Shown: in pieces, positions 1 to 10,147 of the stretch
Position numbering within the stretch: position 1 is the first letter of the stretch
Layout of the letters: every line of letters begins with the position of its first letter
DNA from: a virus
Reading direction: 5' to 3' (one strand)
Virus record (IMG/VR): IMGVR_UViG_3300032050_000011
Length of the DNA stretch: 64,000 bases
Program-made: the position numbers and the translations under genes
The notes under the pieces: generated by a model
Seen by the model: the letters and a program-made list of their open reading frames with translations, nothing else
Databases searched by the model: none
What the model was told of the DNA's origin: nothing

Positions 1-1
1 A

Positions 2-601
2 TATTTTTTCAGTCTCTATCTCGGCGTTGTATAGGTCAGTAACCAGGTCTCTGGATATCTTGCTTTTCCAGGCTGCTAGCTGCGGCTTACATTGCCATAG
101 CTTAAATTTAGTCACGTCATTCATTGACGGCGTGCTGTCCTGGCTTGATGCAACTCCATGTAGTAAGGTTAGAGCAACTATTGCCTGCTGACGTAATTCT
201 GGCTCTGTTGCTCCAGCATAGGCCCTATCTCTTGACCATATGCCAGAACCAGCTGAAGTGCTTATAAAGTGCGGAGATATACCGCTGCCTATGCTTTGTC
301 TTGTTCGACTTATTGGAAAATAAGGATTACAATCGTCGTCGCTTATTCCTGCTACTAGAGGCCATCTTTCTATCTCTGCAGACTCATAGACCCTTGGCCA
401 TTTGCCACTAAAATGACGAAGCTCTCTATATAAAGAATTTAAGTCAATTCTTATATCAGCCTCTTCCTCTTTACATACAGAATCTAGTCTAAATAACTCT
501 TTTTCTAGTTCAACAAGATCTTTAAGAATTTCCCTATCGTTGCCTAGCTCTTCTAGTCTTCTAGATATGTCTGCATCTATAATATTTACTATTGACTTCA
601 T
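2..601 (-). CDS. hypothetical virion/baseplate-region protein (partial, runs off the window start)
   Basis: ATG at 601 overlaps the stop of 598..1710 (ATGA); reads MKSIVNIIDADISRRLEELG...; not in ORF track. Confidence 0.6.
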   Translation of the reverse strand, partial: MKSIVNIIDADISRRLEELGNDREILKDLVELEKELFRLDSVCKEEEADIRIDLNSLYRELRHFSGKWPRVYESAEIERWPLVAGISDDDCNPYFPISRTRQSIGSGISPHFISTSAGSGIWSRDRAYAGATEPELRQQAIVALTLLHGVASSQDSTPSMNDVTKFKLWQCKPQLAAWKSKISRDLVTDLYNAEIETEKI

Positions 602-1710
602 GATGCTTTTGTTTTTTTAGTAAGTTTTACTATAGCTTGGCTAATAACCGGACTACCCAGATTTCCAGTGCCCTGTATTCTAGTTATTTCATATATAAGA
701 GGGTACTTTCCTCCTGCTAAAAGTGTCTCGCCTGAGGTAGTAAGTTTGCCCTGTATTTCTGTGTCACCTTTCTGCGATATGTTTCCTTTTATAGCCATGT
801 CGCCTTCTTGAGACCAGTTGCCCTTAGTCTTTATGTCTTTTGCCTCTGCATCTATTAGTTCAGATGATTTTACCAAGGTCTTCTTGGTCTCAAGACTCCA
901 CTCTTCGCTAGATTTAAAAGCAGTTTTCTTTGTATTTACATTAAACTCTTCTTCAGAGTTAAAAGTAGTTAGTTTATTATCTATAGTGTAGGATTCCTCT
1001 TCCTTGTCGATAGTAAGGAGTGTTTTACCTGAGCCTATAAATATCTTATTTTGCTCTTTATCTAGCATTAGATATTGCGGTCCAGTAGTTGAGTTATCCG
1101 TTAAAAAATATGAACCGTTTTTGTCGAATTGATAAAAGCTAGAGCCAATTTCATAGTTGTATTCTGGTTCTGGATAGAGCGAATTCTCGCTTGGCGGAGA
1201 ATTAAGCGCACTTATGTTAGTTGGAATACCTTTAAAAGTTACACGATATTCGCCACTGCTGTTTATTACTTCCTGTATTCCATTAAATTCTTTTATATAC
1301 GATATGCTGCCGTCTGCAGGTAGAATTTCTTTTCTGCCTAGGTGTGACAATGCACCAATTATTACGCCTTCTAAGATCTGACCATTTATGCAGGCCACTA
1401 GAACTGTATCACCTGCTACGCACTTTAGATTTCCATAGCTTACATTGGAGCTACCAGGATCAAAGCCTCTTAGATTAAACTCTTCATAGTTATATAGTCC
1501 ACCAAACTTGACTAAAATTGTACATGTTATAGGTACGAGTCTACCTCTATCTATTGTCTCAACTATATATTTGGTTTGATTTTTTTCACTTGAGTAAACC
1601 AACTCCCTAACTGTTCCAACTTTAATAGAATAATCCCTATTGCTTGCGCCGCTAAAAAGATTATGCTCGTCCTCTATATATTCTTTAGGAAGATCGTTTG
1701 ATATTCTCAT
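598..1710 (-). CDS. baseplate central spike (gp5/gpV-like)
   Basis: OB-fold-like N-terminus (GDTVLVACINGQILEGVIIG), repetitive beta-strand C-terminus; follows hub gene. Confidence 0.65.
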   Translation of the reverse strand: MRISNDLPKEYIEDEHNLFSGASNRDYSIKVGTVRELVYSSEKNQTKYIVETIDRGRLVPITCTILVKFGGLYNYEEFNLRGFDPGSSNVSYGNLKCVAGDTVLVACINGQILEGVIIGALSHLGRKEILPADGSISYIKEFNGIQEVINSSGEYRVTFKGIPTNISALNSPPSENSLYPEPEYNYEIGSSFYQFDKNGSYFLTDNSTTGPQYLMLDKEQNKIFIGSGKTLLTIDKEEESYTIDNKLTTFNSEEEFNVNTKKTAFKSSEEWSLETKKTLVKSSELIDAEAKDIKTKGNWSQEGDMAIKGNISQKGDTEIQGKLTTSGETLLAGGKYPLIYEITRIQGTGNLGSPVISQAIVKLTKKTKAS

Positions 1711-3665
1711 TTATTGCCACCTAATTTTTGTGCATCTGGATCAGCAAAAGATGAAGAGGTCGATGCTCTGTAGTTCTTTTCTTCAGTAGGCGTTAGAAGC
1801 GAGGCATCCTGATCTAGTGCGCCACCACTATCGGTCTGTATTCTATTTAAGTTTTCATCTACAAATATACCTCTAGAAAATACTATGTTTGTAGTAAAAG
1901 ATCGATGATCTTCTTCATATGAAATATTGTGAGATATCGATTCAACATGTGCAATAAAGAAAATTGTTTCTTTTTTATTTTTCTGAATATCGTTGAAGTT
2001 GTTATTTATGTCTAAAACTCTAGAGTCTATCTTGATATTGTCACCAACCTGAATATATCGATCCTGTCCTACTAGATGCAGTGATCCGTTTAGCATAGTG
2101 TGAGTATGGAAATACCATTCTTTCATTAAATATTTTAGGCCATGCATCTTACTAATGTCAGCATCACGGGCTATAACTGCGTTAGGGAGAACGTATGTTG
2201 TCTCTCGCCTGCTCCTAAGGCCATCTCTCGCTATAGATCTGGGATCATAGAAATTGCTACCAAGAGCAAGATAGTTTGCCATAGCCTGAGTGTCAGTGCC
2301 GCTAAACGCATACGAGGCATCTATAGATACCTCTACGAAATTGATCTTATCTCTCCAGTTGGTTCCGCAGCTACTAAACAATACATCGTTGTAGTCTATT
2401 TCTATACATCTTATATTCTTAAATTCAGAAACATATTGATCTACAAGACTACTAACTGAGTCACTAGACTTGCCATCACCAACATAATAGCTATCATTAT
2501 ATAAACGAGATTTATCTACTACGAATGGTTTGCACCTATTGTATAACGCTAGGGACGGCGTGCTTTCATTTTCAAATCTAACTTCTGCTATAAGTTCACT
2601 AGTGAGTCTATTCATGTTACGAGTTATGACGTCCCACATAGTATGCTCGCCATAAACGCTATCATGAGTTAGAAAAACAAAAGAATCGTCTTTACCACTA
2701 TATTTATCATAATCGACGAGTATTCCGCACCCACTTTTTGTATCTATAAATCCAGTTCCTGTATTTTCTTTCAAATTCATGTATTTTTTTAACTTGTCTG
2801 GCAACCTAAATTCGTTCTGGGCTCTCCCTAGAAGTTTTCCCTGAGTAACTTGATTAATCTTATCGCCAAAAAGTGCCTTGGCATTATTTTGATTGACGCC
2901 CCAGAGTTTTATTAAAAAATCAATAGTATCAGAAACATTAAAATAATTTTTATTTTTCGCAGCTTTATCAGCTACTTCAGATTTGGCAGGAGTGTTATCT
3001 ATGGCAGATTTATTTTTTGCTGCCTCTTTTACCTCTGAACTAGTCTTAGTCATATCAGCAAGAGCACCACTAGTCTGCTTATCTTTACTTATTGGCGTGC
3101 TCTTTGAACTCTTACCAACGCTTCCTTCTACATTAGATCTTTGTATAAAGTCTGTGTATAGAAAACTTAGTGCCATACCCACGGCAGTTTCCTCTGGATT
3201 TCTACCAAGAGGATCCACATATAGCATGCTGTTAAATATAGTACCCCAGTCAGTTCCAGTCACAACATAATATTTTAAGGTAGAGCCATCTTGTGGATTA
3301 ACCGATGATACACTTCTAACGGAGTCTATTCTTCCTAGCATCTTAAATGATTTTTCATTTACCGTATCTGTGTGGTTGTATTTAGCTCCAACGCCTATTT
3401 GAGAATTTGACATTAAAATTACACACCAACTGCCTGGTGTTATAGCACTTACCCAATTTTTAGAAGCAGCTAGTCTTATTTCAAAAGTGCCAGCGGGAGC
3501 TCCCTTGCTCTTATTTGTTGCCATAGACAAAAGAGATGCAGAGTTTAATATAACTTGATCAGGCTCAAACTCATCTTTATTTATGTATTTATTGCCAAAT
3601 CTTTCTCTATAGTTGTATACTATAAATAACCCATTTGGGGTTTTTACTTTTACTTTATTTGTCAT
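1707..3665 (-). CDS. baseplate hub protein (gp27/gpD-like)
   Basis: 652 aa between tape measure and spike; GTFEIRL, GRIDSV and C-terminal HVESISH..FTT..RG patterns typical of hub proteins. Confidence 0.6.
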   Translation of the reverse strand: MTNKVKVKTPNGLFIVYNYRERFGNKYINKDEFEPDQVILNSASLLSMATNKSKGAPAGTFEIRLAASKNWVSAITPGSWCVILMSNSQIGVGAKYNHTDTVNEKSFKMLGRIDSVRSVSSVNPQDGSTLKYYVVTGTDWGTIFNSMLYVDPLGRNPEETAVGMALSFLYTDFIQRSNVEGSVGKSSKSTPISKDKQTSGALADMTKTSSEVKEAAKNKSAIDNTPAKSEVADKAAKNKNYFNVSDTIDFLIKLWGVNQNNAKALFGDKINQVTQGKLLGRAQNEFRLPDKLKKYMNLKENTGTGFIDTKSGCGILVDYDKYSGKDDSFVFLTHDSVYGEHTMWDVITRNMNRLTSELIAEVRFENESTPSLALYNRCKPFVVDKSRLYNDSYYVGDGKSSDSVSSLVDQYVSEFKNIRCIEIDYNDVLFSSCGTNWRDKINFVEVSIDASYAFSGTDTQAMANYLALGSNFYDPRSIARDGLRSRRETTYVLPNAVIARDADISKMHGLKYLMKEWYFHTHTMLNGSLHLVGQDRYIQVGDNIKIDSRVLDINNNFNDIQKNKKETIFFIAHVESISHNISYEEDHRSFTTNIVFSRGIFVDENLNRIQTDSGGALDQDASLLTPTEEKNYRASTSSSFADPDAQKLGGNK

Positions 3666-3824
3666 GATATAGATCTTTTATTATCCAATACTCTTGTGAA
3701 TTTCTTATATATCGTATGTCGTCTTCCACTGTATTTGGCTTTATTAAATTTAGTTGAAATTTAATGTCTAAAAATTGTATAATTTTAGATAGAATAAATA
3801 TTGAAAAAAATAGTATGACAAATA

Positions 3825-6800
3825 TCATTCTGATTTTCCAGTCGTGTTGTTTGTGGGCTTCTTTTCTTGTTTTACCCCAGCGTTATTCTGCTGTAATTGC
3901 TTAGTAGAATTTACAGTTGTCACATTTGTTTGAGCCGATTGTCCAGGTGACTTCTTTCCAGTAATTTTTTCATGAAAATAATCGGCAGCACCTCTTATTA
4001 CTGTTGCAAAGCTTTCAGCACCATCAACAATAGTTTTAGCAGCACCATCTTTCATGTCTTCAGTTGATTTTGGTTTAGGTTTTGATACATCTGTACTAGC
4101 TATAGCTCCAGCAAATTTTGCCATAAGCTCTTCTAAACCTTTAGTCGGACTTTTCTCGTACTGTCCAAAGAGTTTTTCAAATGCTTTCTGCGCATATAGT
4201 CGTTCTTGCTCTTGCTTAGATGCTTGTGCCTTATCGACAGAAGCTTGCGGAGTATCTGGTAGAGTATTTGTTTGATCACTTAAATTAGCATTTGCAGGAG
4301 TAAGTCTAGACATAAGTTCACTAAATCTTTGTTTACCCATTATTTGTCTAAGCTTTTGCTCGTTTTTCTTCATGTACTCAACCGTCTTATCCGGATTATT
4401 ACCTTCTTGTAACATATCATTTAATTGAAGAAGCTCAGGTCCACTAGTTGGCATTGAAAGAAGATCAGTAGTGAATGATTTTCTGAGCTTACTGTAATAT
4501 GCTTTAGAGATGTTTTCAGCATTAACGCCACCGCTCTCAAGTGCCTCTAACTTTGATTTTTCGTCCTCAGTGAGTCCTCCTTTTGCTTTTTTTTCTAATA
4601 GATCTTTTGCACGCTTAACTTCATCCAAACTCATTTCAGCAACTCTAAATGCCTCTAAAGGATTAAGGCCTTTATTCATTAACTCATTAGCCTCTACAGC
4701 AGTGGCAAAACTTCGACTAGTGGAAGAAGATCTATCTGTTGTTTTTTGAATTGACTCTACTGCTGCTGCTCTGGCAGCTGAGTCAGTGAAGCCAGATTTT
4801 TTAAATTGAGATACCAGTGACATAATAGACTGTCCAAGTTGCATATTTCCGCCACCGTATTTTTGCATTGTCACATTAAGGTCAGTAATTGTGTGACCCA
4901 GCTCTTTAATAAAATCGTTGTCAAATCCTTCTTGTATACCTATAGCAATAGATTGATTTAAGTCTTTTTGAGTGCCACCAGCACGATTATTTTGAGCCGC
5001 TAGCTGTATATAATCGGCCTCAGTCATTACTCCTTTTTGCTCAAGAAGACCGGCTGTCTGAAATACACTTCCAAACTCGCCTTTCTTAAACCTACCCTTT
5101 ACCATGGTAGGCATATTTCTAATTACATCATCGTAGCTTACTCCGTAATTACTTAAGCGATCAAGTTCACCGCCGCCATACTCACCTGTAATTGCTATTT
5201 TTTTTGCGTAGTCAAGCGCTGCATTGTTGCCAATACTGGCTCTAGCTAAGCCTATCCCTCTGTCCATGTACTTATTACCTAGATAAGTTTCATACGCATT
5301 GGCTGCTATTTTTTCTTGTTTTATAGTTTCGGCTGTAGCTGCAACTTTTTCTGCACTAACTGTACCTTCTGCCACGGCCTTTGCATCTCCAAAAATATTA
5401 AGAAGACCAAAAAGACCCGCAGCCCTGGTGTTTCTCCTGGCTTGATTAAGTATTTGCGCGCCACCAACTAATTGACTATTTTTTTGCAATTCAATCGCTT
5501 CATTTTCTGCTTGTTTTGCATATATACTTTGAGACAAATCTGATATGCTCAGATTGTCCACTCCCCTAATATTGCCCATAACAATTTGATTTGCTTGCTG
5601 TTGTAGTACAGTATTGGCTCTTGTTTTTCTTAGCTCACCTTCTACGAATAGATCCTCGTAAATCTTAGCCGCTCCACCGCCAAACATCGCAGCCGCTCCA
5701 AGATAACCACCGCCAACGCCTTCTTGGCGCTCTTGCCTTTCTTTTTGCTGCTCTTTTTGCCTGTTAATTTCGCCTAACTTCAAATTATCTTGCTGAACTT
5801 TATTTAGCTTTTCTACAGTTTTAGTTAAAGCATCCAGTTCTTTACCGGCCTTAAGTATCGCGTCTATATCTCCACTTTGATCGGCTGACTGCTTTGTCTC
5901 AAATGCTGTGGCCTGCATTTTCCTTAATTCATCTATGCCTTTGCCCTCAGTAAGAGCAGCAACATCTTTACTCAAACCTAAGCCAAGAGCCTTACTAGAC
6001 CACGTGCCTTGCTGAATATTTTTTATAGTTGCAACATTAGCAGCTCTGTCGGCCCTGTAATCTCTTGAACTCTTTTTACCAGCTCTAACCTCTTCTTTAA
6101 GCTCATCAAATCCTACGTCTTCAGCAAAATCTTCTAAAAAACCTTCAATTCGTCTCTGTACTTTCTCATCACCATACTCGCTCACACGCTTTACTTCGCC
6201 AGCTTTTTTATATGCCGCTGACTTTTTTGAAGAAAGTGCTATTTCTCTGTCAATTTCTTCTAGTCGCTTGGTGTCTGCTGCTACTTGTTCAGGAGATCTA
6301 TCTTTTGATTCATTTATCGTGCGCATTAATTCAGTGCGCTCACGACTCTTCTCATGCGCAGCTTTTTTAAATATCTGCTGTTGCTGCTCTAGACTTATTG
6401 CAGAAGAGTATCGAACATCGCTATCCCCTATATAGTCTCTATAAGATATCGCCATTCCAGCTGAATGAGATGAAGTAGCTATACTTCTAGAAATATTTCT
6501 TTCTGTAGAAATTACTGCAGAGTGTTTATGTAGTTGTGTAGCAGCCTGAGAATAGAATCGTTGAATTGACGATATTGCGTCGTTCTCAATGTCAGTAATC
6601 GCACCAGATGCATCTTCGGGGGACATGTTAGATGTTTGAATTTTTTTTATCGCTATTTCATTCTGTCTTTTGATTATGGCAACGTTCTGCTCTAGTTGTT
6701 GCAATAGCGATTGTGCAACTGTCTTTAAATTGCCAGAAAGAGCGTCTACATTTGCAAATACGGAATTTTGTCTGGCATACTCCGCTGCTTCATCGGCTAC

Positions 6801-6836
6801 ACTCTTATTATCTCGCTTTGTGTTCGGTTGCTGCAT
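3825..6836 (-). CDS. tail tape measure protein
   Basis: 1003 aa helical, A/Q/K/G-rich; directly downstream of frameshifted chaperone pair. Confidence 0.75.
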   Translation of the reverse strand: MQQPNTKRDNKSVADEAAEYARQNSVFANVDALSGNLKTVAQSLLQQLEQNVAIIKRQNEIAIKKIQTSNMSPEDASGAITDIENDAISSIQRFYSQAATQLHKHSAVISTERNISRSIATSSHSAGMAISYRDYIGDSDVRYSSAISLEQQQQIFKKAAHEKSRERTELMRTINESKDRSPEQVAADTKRLEEIDREIALSSKKSAAYKKAGEVKRVSEYGDEKVQRRIEGFLEDFAEDVGFDELKEEVRAGKKSSRDYRADRAANVATIKNIQQGTWSSKALGLGLSKDVAALTEGKGIDELRKMQATAFETKQSADQSGDIDAILKAGKELDALTKTVEKLNKVQQDNLKLGEINRQKEQQKERQERQEGVGGGYLGAAAMFGGGAAKIYEDLFVEGELRKTRANTVLQQQANQIVMGNIRGVDNLSISDLSQSIYAKQAENEAIELQKNSQLVGGAQILNQARRNTRAAGLFGLLNIFGDAKAVAEGTVSAEKVAATAETIKQEKIAANAYETYLGNKYMDRGIGLARASIGNNAALDYAKKIAITGEYGGGELDRLSNYGVSYDDVIRNMPTMVKGRFKKGEFGSVFQTAGLLEQKGVMTEADYIQLAAQNNRAGGTQKDLNQSIAIGIQEGFDNDFIKELGHTITDLNVTMQKYGGGNMQLGQSIMSLVSQFKKSGFTDSAARAAAVESIQKTTDRSSSTSRSFATAVEANELMNKGLNPLEAFRVAEMSLDEVKRAKDLLEKKAKGGLTEDEKSKLEALESGGVNAENISKAYYSKLRKSFTTDLLSMPTSGPELLQLNDMLQEGNNPDKTVEYMKKNEQKLRQIMGKQRFSELMSRLTPANANLSDQTNTLPDTPQASVDKAQASKQEQERLYAQKAFEKLFGQYEKSPTKGLEELMAKFAGAIASTDVSKPKPKSTEDMKDGAAKTIVDGAESFATVIRGAADYFHEKITGKKSPGQSAQTNVTTVNSTKQLQQNNAGVKQEKKPTNNTTGKSE

Positions 6837-6845
6837 ACTTAACCT

Positions 6846-7295
6846 TTAAAAATCGATGTTGACGTCGTCTCCAAAATTATCGCCATACTGCTTCTTTAAC
6901 TCCTGCACCATCCATTCTTCTTGATCGTCAGTGCGCTGCTGCGAATTATTGCTGTTTGCAGTAGACTCCATCTCGGCGCGCTCCTGTTCATCAGCCCAAT
7001 CAAGTGCTTTCTGGCGCTTATCATCTTCTATTTTATCAGTTTCTTCCTCAAGTCGTCTTTCGCGCTGCTTTTCTCTCTCATGTTTATCAAAAAATTCATA
7101 TAGTAACTCGTAAACATTGTAAGAGTTAAGCAGCGGATCTTTTAGTGGCCTATTATAAGTTTTGCTCCACCAACTTCGTAGAAATAACTCGGTGGAGTCT
7201 AGAGAGTCTGCTTTAAGCAAACTATTTGAAATTGCTATGTTATGTATAGCCTCGTATACTGGGAGACCCTCTAGATCTCCCGCCGTCAGTTTCCC
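6846..7295 (-). CDS. tail assembly chaperone, -1 frameshift extension (gpGT-like)
   Basis: Frame is open from slippery G GGA AAC (7295-7289) through the 6846..7220 ORF. Confidence 0.75.
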   Translation of the reverse strand, partial: GKLTAGDLEGLPVYEAIHNIAISNSLLKADSLDSTELFLRSWWSKTYNRPLKDPLLNSYNVYELLYEFFDKHEREKQRERRLEEETDKIEDDKRQKALDWADEQERAEMESTANSNNSQQRTDDQEEWMVQELKKQYGDNFGDDVNIDF

Positions 7296-7663
7296 GCTAG
7301 AGGTTCCCCAACAGACTTCTTTTTGACTTCAGAGGTCCATTCTTCGCTTTTTTCCATACATTTTGAGAATACTTCATACAAAATATCTTCATCTAGAAAA
7401 TCAAGATTATCTATAGATTGCTTGAACCATTCTGGTCCCTGAACTACTCTTATTCTAAGATTTGCCACAACACCAGAAATTGCAGATAGACTAACAGACG
7501 GATTTACCGTATCTGCTGATAATCTAGATCGCTCTATCTCTAGGCGTCTTTTATCTGAAATGTTCAATACGCACTTTACAGTAAAAGTGCCCTCGTATTT
7601 TTTCCCAGTTGTCTCGCCTATTAAACTTACGTCAAAAGATTTTTCATTCTTTGGAAGTTCCAT
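7286..7663 (-). CDS. tail assembly chaperone (gpG-like)
   Basis: 125 aa between tubes and tape measure; ends in slippery GGGAAAC; SD AAGGAGAGG. Confidence 0.75.
   Translation of the reverse strand: MELPKNEKSFDVSLIGETTGKKYEGTFTVKCVLNISDKRRLEIERSRLSADTVNPSVSLSAISGVVANLRIRVVQGPEWFKQSIDNLDFLDEDILYEVFSKCMEKSEEWTSEVKKKSVGEPLAGN
7289..7295 (-). other. -1 programmed ribosomal frameshift site GGGAAAC with downstream hairpin
   Basis: X XXY YYZ heptamer in correct phase, 7-nt spacer, then GGGAGATC...GGTCTCCC stem. Confidence 0.8.
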
Positions 7664-7724
7664 GACCTCTCCTTAGTGCTTATTTTTATTTATTATACGC
7701 AAATATGCGCAAAATCAGCAGATG

Positions 7725-8249
7725 CTATCCTGGCTTAGCTGGATTGACCACTTCATCTATAAAACCAATTGCCATAAAGTCTAATGTCATTTCTGCCATT
7801 CCTTCTGACCTTACTGACTCTGATCTTCTAGTTATAAGTGCTTTATTTGTCTGAAAAATTAAATTATCTGTCTGTGAATCGCGAACTTCTATATCTATAT
7901 ATTTTTGATGTGCAAAATTTAACATGTTAGCCTGCATAAGCTTATAGCCCGGACCATTGCCTGGTATTCTAAGGCCAGATATAGTGCCGTTTACTTTTAC
8001 ACGATTTGGAGCAAGTTCATGCGGCATATAGGAGTCTATAGTTGTTATCTCTTCAGCTTCGGTGTGTATAGTCCAAGATATCCCGGTGGCAAAAGCTAGT
8101 ATATTACCGTTAACTCTAAGTATACATCTAGCACCGCTAAAATATTTAGCAACGGGTTTTGCCGCCACTATAGAACCAACGCCACTAATTGCGTTACTAG
8201 CTACACTCTCTAATAAATTAAAATTATCTAGCTTATTTTGTCCACTCAT
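7725..8249 (-). CDS. tail tube-like protein (paralog 4)
   Basis: YFSGARCILRVNG...FATGISW homologous to neighbouring tubes. Confidence 0.7.
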   Translation of the reverse strand: MSGQNKLDNFNLLESVASNAISGVGSIVAAKPVAKYFSGARCILRVNGNILAFATGISWTIHTEAEEITTIDSYMPHELAPNRVKVNGTISGLRIPGNGPGYKLMQANMLNFAHQKYIDIEVRDSQTDNLIFQTNKALITRRSESVRSEGMAEMTLDFMAIGFIDEVVNPAKPG

Positions 8250-8251
8250 AG

Positions 8252-8809
8252 TTAGTCAAATTGTTGCCCTCTGCCTGAAAAATCAGCCAGAAAGCTATCC
8301 TCATCTGCATAAAGTGCTGTAAAAGAAAATACTTGCTGTGCAAGCGTATCTACTGATACACTAAAGCTAGCACGCGTAATTCTGGCATTTCTTATTTTAG
8401 CAGCTGGAACGTTGTCCTGCCATATTTCTATATCAAAGCCAGAAGCCTGATCTAGTCTGCCTGGATTAAGCGATTCGTTAGTTCTAGAATCAGTGGCATA
8501 TTTAAGAGGATCATTTGCCGGACTGTTGAAGCTCTTCCAGTTTCCTATTCCGTTGCCAGTCTCTTTGTCTGCAGTGTTTACTATGTTAGCATCAGAGATA
8601 CCAGAGACATATCTTATTATAGTAAACTCACCATTAACTTTATAGCTTAAAGGCTCTACGGAAGAGGCCTCATACATACCCAACAGCACTGGCGCAGAGT
8701 GATTTATATCAATCGAATACGATATATTGGTTGCGTAGGCAAGAGTCTTATTATTGACCTTTATTTTTGCTCGTGCACCTGTAAAAAAAAATGGTCTAAT
8801 TTTGCTCAT
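8252..8809 (-). CDS. tail tube-like protein (paralog 3)
   Basis: FFTGARAKIKVN...YATNISY...VNGEFTIIRY. Confidence 0.7.
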   Translation of the reverse strand: MSKIRPFFFTGARAKIKVNNKTLAYATNISYSIDINHSAPVLLGMYEASSVEPLSYKVNGEFTIIRYVSGISDANIVNTADKETGNGIGNWKSFNSPANDPLKYATDSRTNESLNPGRLDQASGFDIEIWQDNVPAAKIRNARITRASFSVSVDTLAQQVFSFTALYADEDSFLADFSGRGQQFD

Positions 8810-8811
8810 GA

Positions 8812-9411
8812 TTAACTCAGATCTCTTTTTGTCGTTGAGTGAGAGGATGACCTATCTCCGTCGCTATCCATAAGTATACCGTTAAAAGAAAACTGATCAG
8901 TCATAAGTGCGCGCTTATTTAACGACCCAGATTTTCCAGTTATACGACAATCTCTTATTCTAAGAACAGGTATATTTTCATTTGTTTCAAATTTAGATTT
9001 AACATATATCTCTAAGTCAAATGTAAGCGAGCTAAGTATAAGTCCTGGATCCAGTTGATCGCCTATGCGTCCAGAATTGGCGTCGTTCCATTCATTTACT
9101 GAGTTGCCACCTTTGCTTGCGCCTACAATAGCTTGACCAGCAGATGAAATCTCGGCCTGTCCATCTACAAATCTTACTAGCGAAACTTGATCAGAGCCTG
9201 CTTCTTTAGTGTAGCGTATTACAGAAAAAGTACCTGAAACAGCATAGGATGTAGGTTCATAGCTTGCTACTTCTAGCATGCCCATGGCCCTTACGCCTAC
9301 ATGACTTATGGTTAACTGATAAGAAACATCTGTAGCAAACGCCATAGTTAGACTACCTAACTTTATCTTAGCGTTTGCCCCAGTTATGAACGAAGGCGTT
9401 ATTCCCGCCAT
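8812..9411 (-). CDS. tail tube protein (paralog 2)
   Basis: PSFITGANAKIKLG...IRDCRIT; close paralog of 9433..9999. Confidence 0.75.
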   Translation of the reverse strand: MAGITPSFITGANAKIKLGSLTMAFATDVSYQLTISHVGVRAMGMLEVASYEPTSYAVSGTFSVIRYTKEAGSDQVSLVRFVDGQAEISSAGQAIVGASKGGNSVNEWNDANSGRIGDQLDPGLILSSLTFDLEIYVKSKFETNENIPVLRIRDCRITGKSGSLNKRALMTDQFSFNGILMDSDGDRSSSHSTTKRDLS

Positions 9412-9432
9412 TCTTGCCTCATTTTACGGAAA

Positions 9433-9999
9433 TTATCCGTTGAGATCAATGTCTCCAGAAGTTCCTGCCGCGGTATCATCATCGTGATTCATGAGTACAG
9501 CAGTGAAGCTAAACTGATCTACTATAAGACCACGTTTAGTTACTGAACCTGATTTTCTAGTAAAACGACAATCGCGTATTTTCACGATAGATTCTACCGG
9601 TCCACCAACAGGATTATCTGAGGCTAGTTTAGAAAATATTTCTAGATCAAAAGTTTTAGAAGATATTATTTTAGCCGGATCAAATTGATCGCCAACTACA
9701 GAATTTGTAGTAGTATCTTGCCATTCATTGATAGAGTTACCATTATTAGATGAACCTGGTATGCTAGTTCTTCCAGTCATCTGAGTAGCTGCTTTAGTAT
9801 ATCTGATTACACTAAGAGTGCCGCTAACATAATAAGATATAGGCTCATTTGTAACTACTTCAAATCGACCGATTGTCTCTACGCCAATAGTAGCTACATC
9901 AACTGAGTAGCTGACATCTTGAGCATAAGCCATAGTCATACTGCCTAACTTAATTTTGGCGTTTGCGCCGGTAATAAAAGAAGGAACTTGTCCTGCCAT
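9433..9999 (-). CDS. tail tube protein (paralog 1)
   Basis: Start moved to MAGQVPS (SD AGGGAG); first tube-sized gene after the sheath region, with its own TGATATAAT promoter. Confidence 0.8.
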   Translation of the reverse strand: MAGQVPSFITGANAKIKLGSMTMAYAQDVSYSVDVATIGVETIGRFEVVTNEPISYYVSGTLSVIRYTKAATQMTGRTSIPGSSNNGNSINEWQDTTTNSVVGDQFDPAKIISSKTFDLEIFSKLASDNPVGGPVESIVKIRDCRFTRKSGSVTKRGLIVDQFSFTAVLMNHDDDTAAGTSGDIDLNG

Positions 10000-10087
10000 A
10001 AAAAACTCCCTGTGGTTCGGTTCCACGTACCTTGAATTTGTGCTTACTTATGTAAACTTATAGATTATATCAGCTATATACTTAAGC

Positions 10088-10116
10088 AAAAACAAAGGCC
10101 CTCTTTCGAGGGCCCA
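10088..10116 (-). terminator. intrinsic terminator
   Basis: GGCCCTC-GAAA-GAGGGCC followed by TTTGTTTTT on - strand. Confidence 0.8.
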
Positions 10117-10147
10117 GTAGCATATCTATAGACATAGAATTTGCGGA

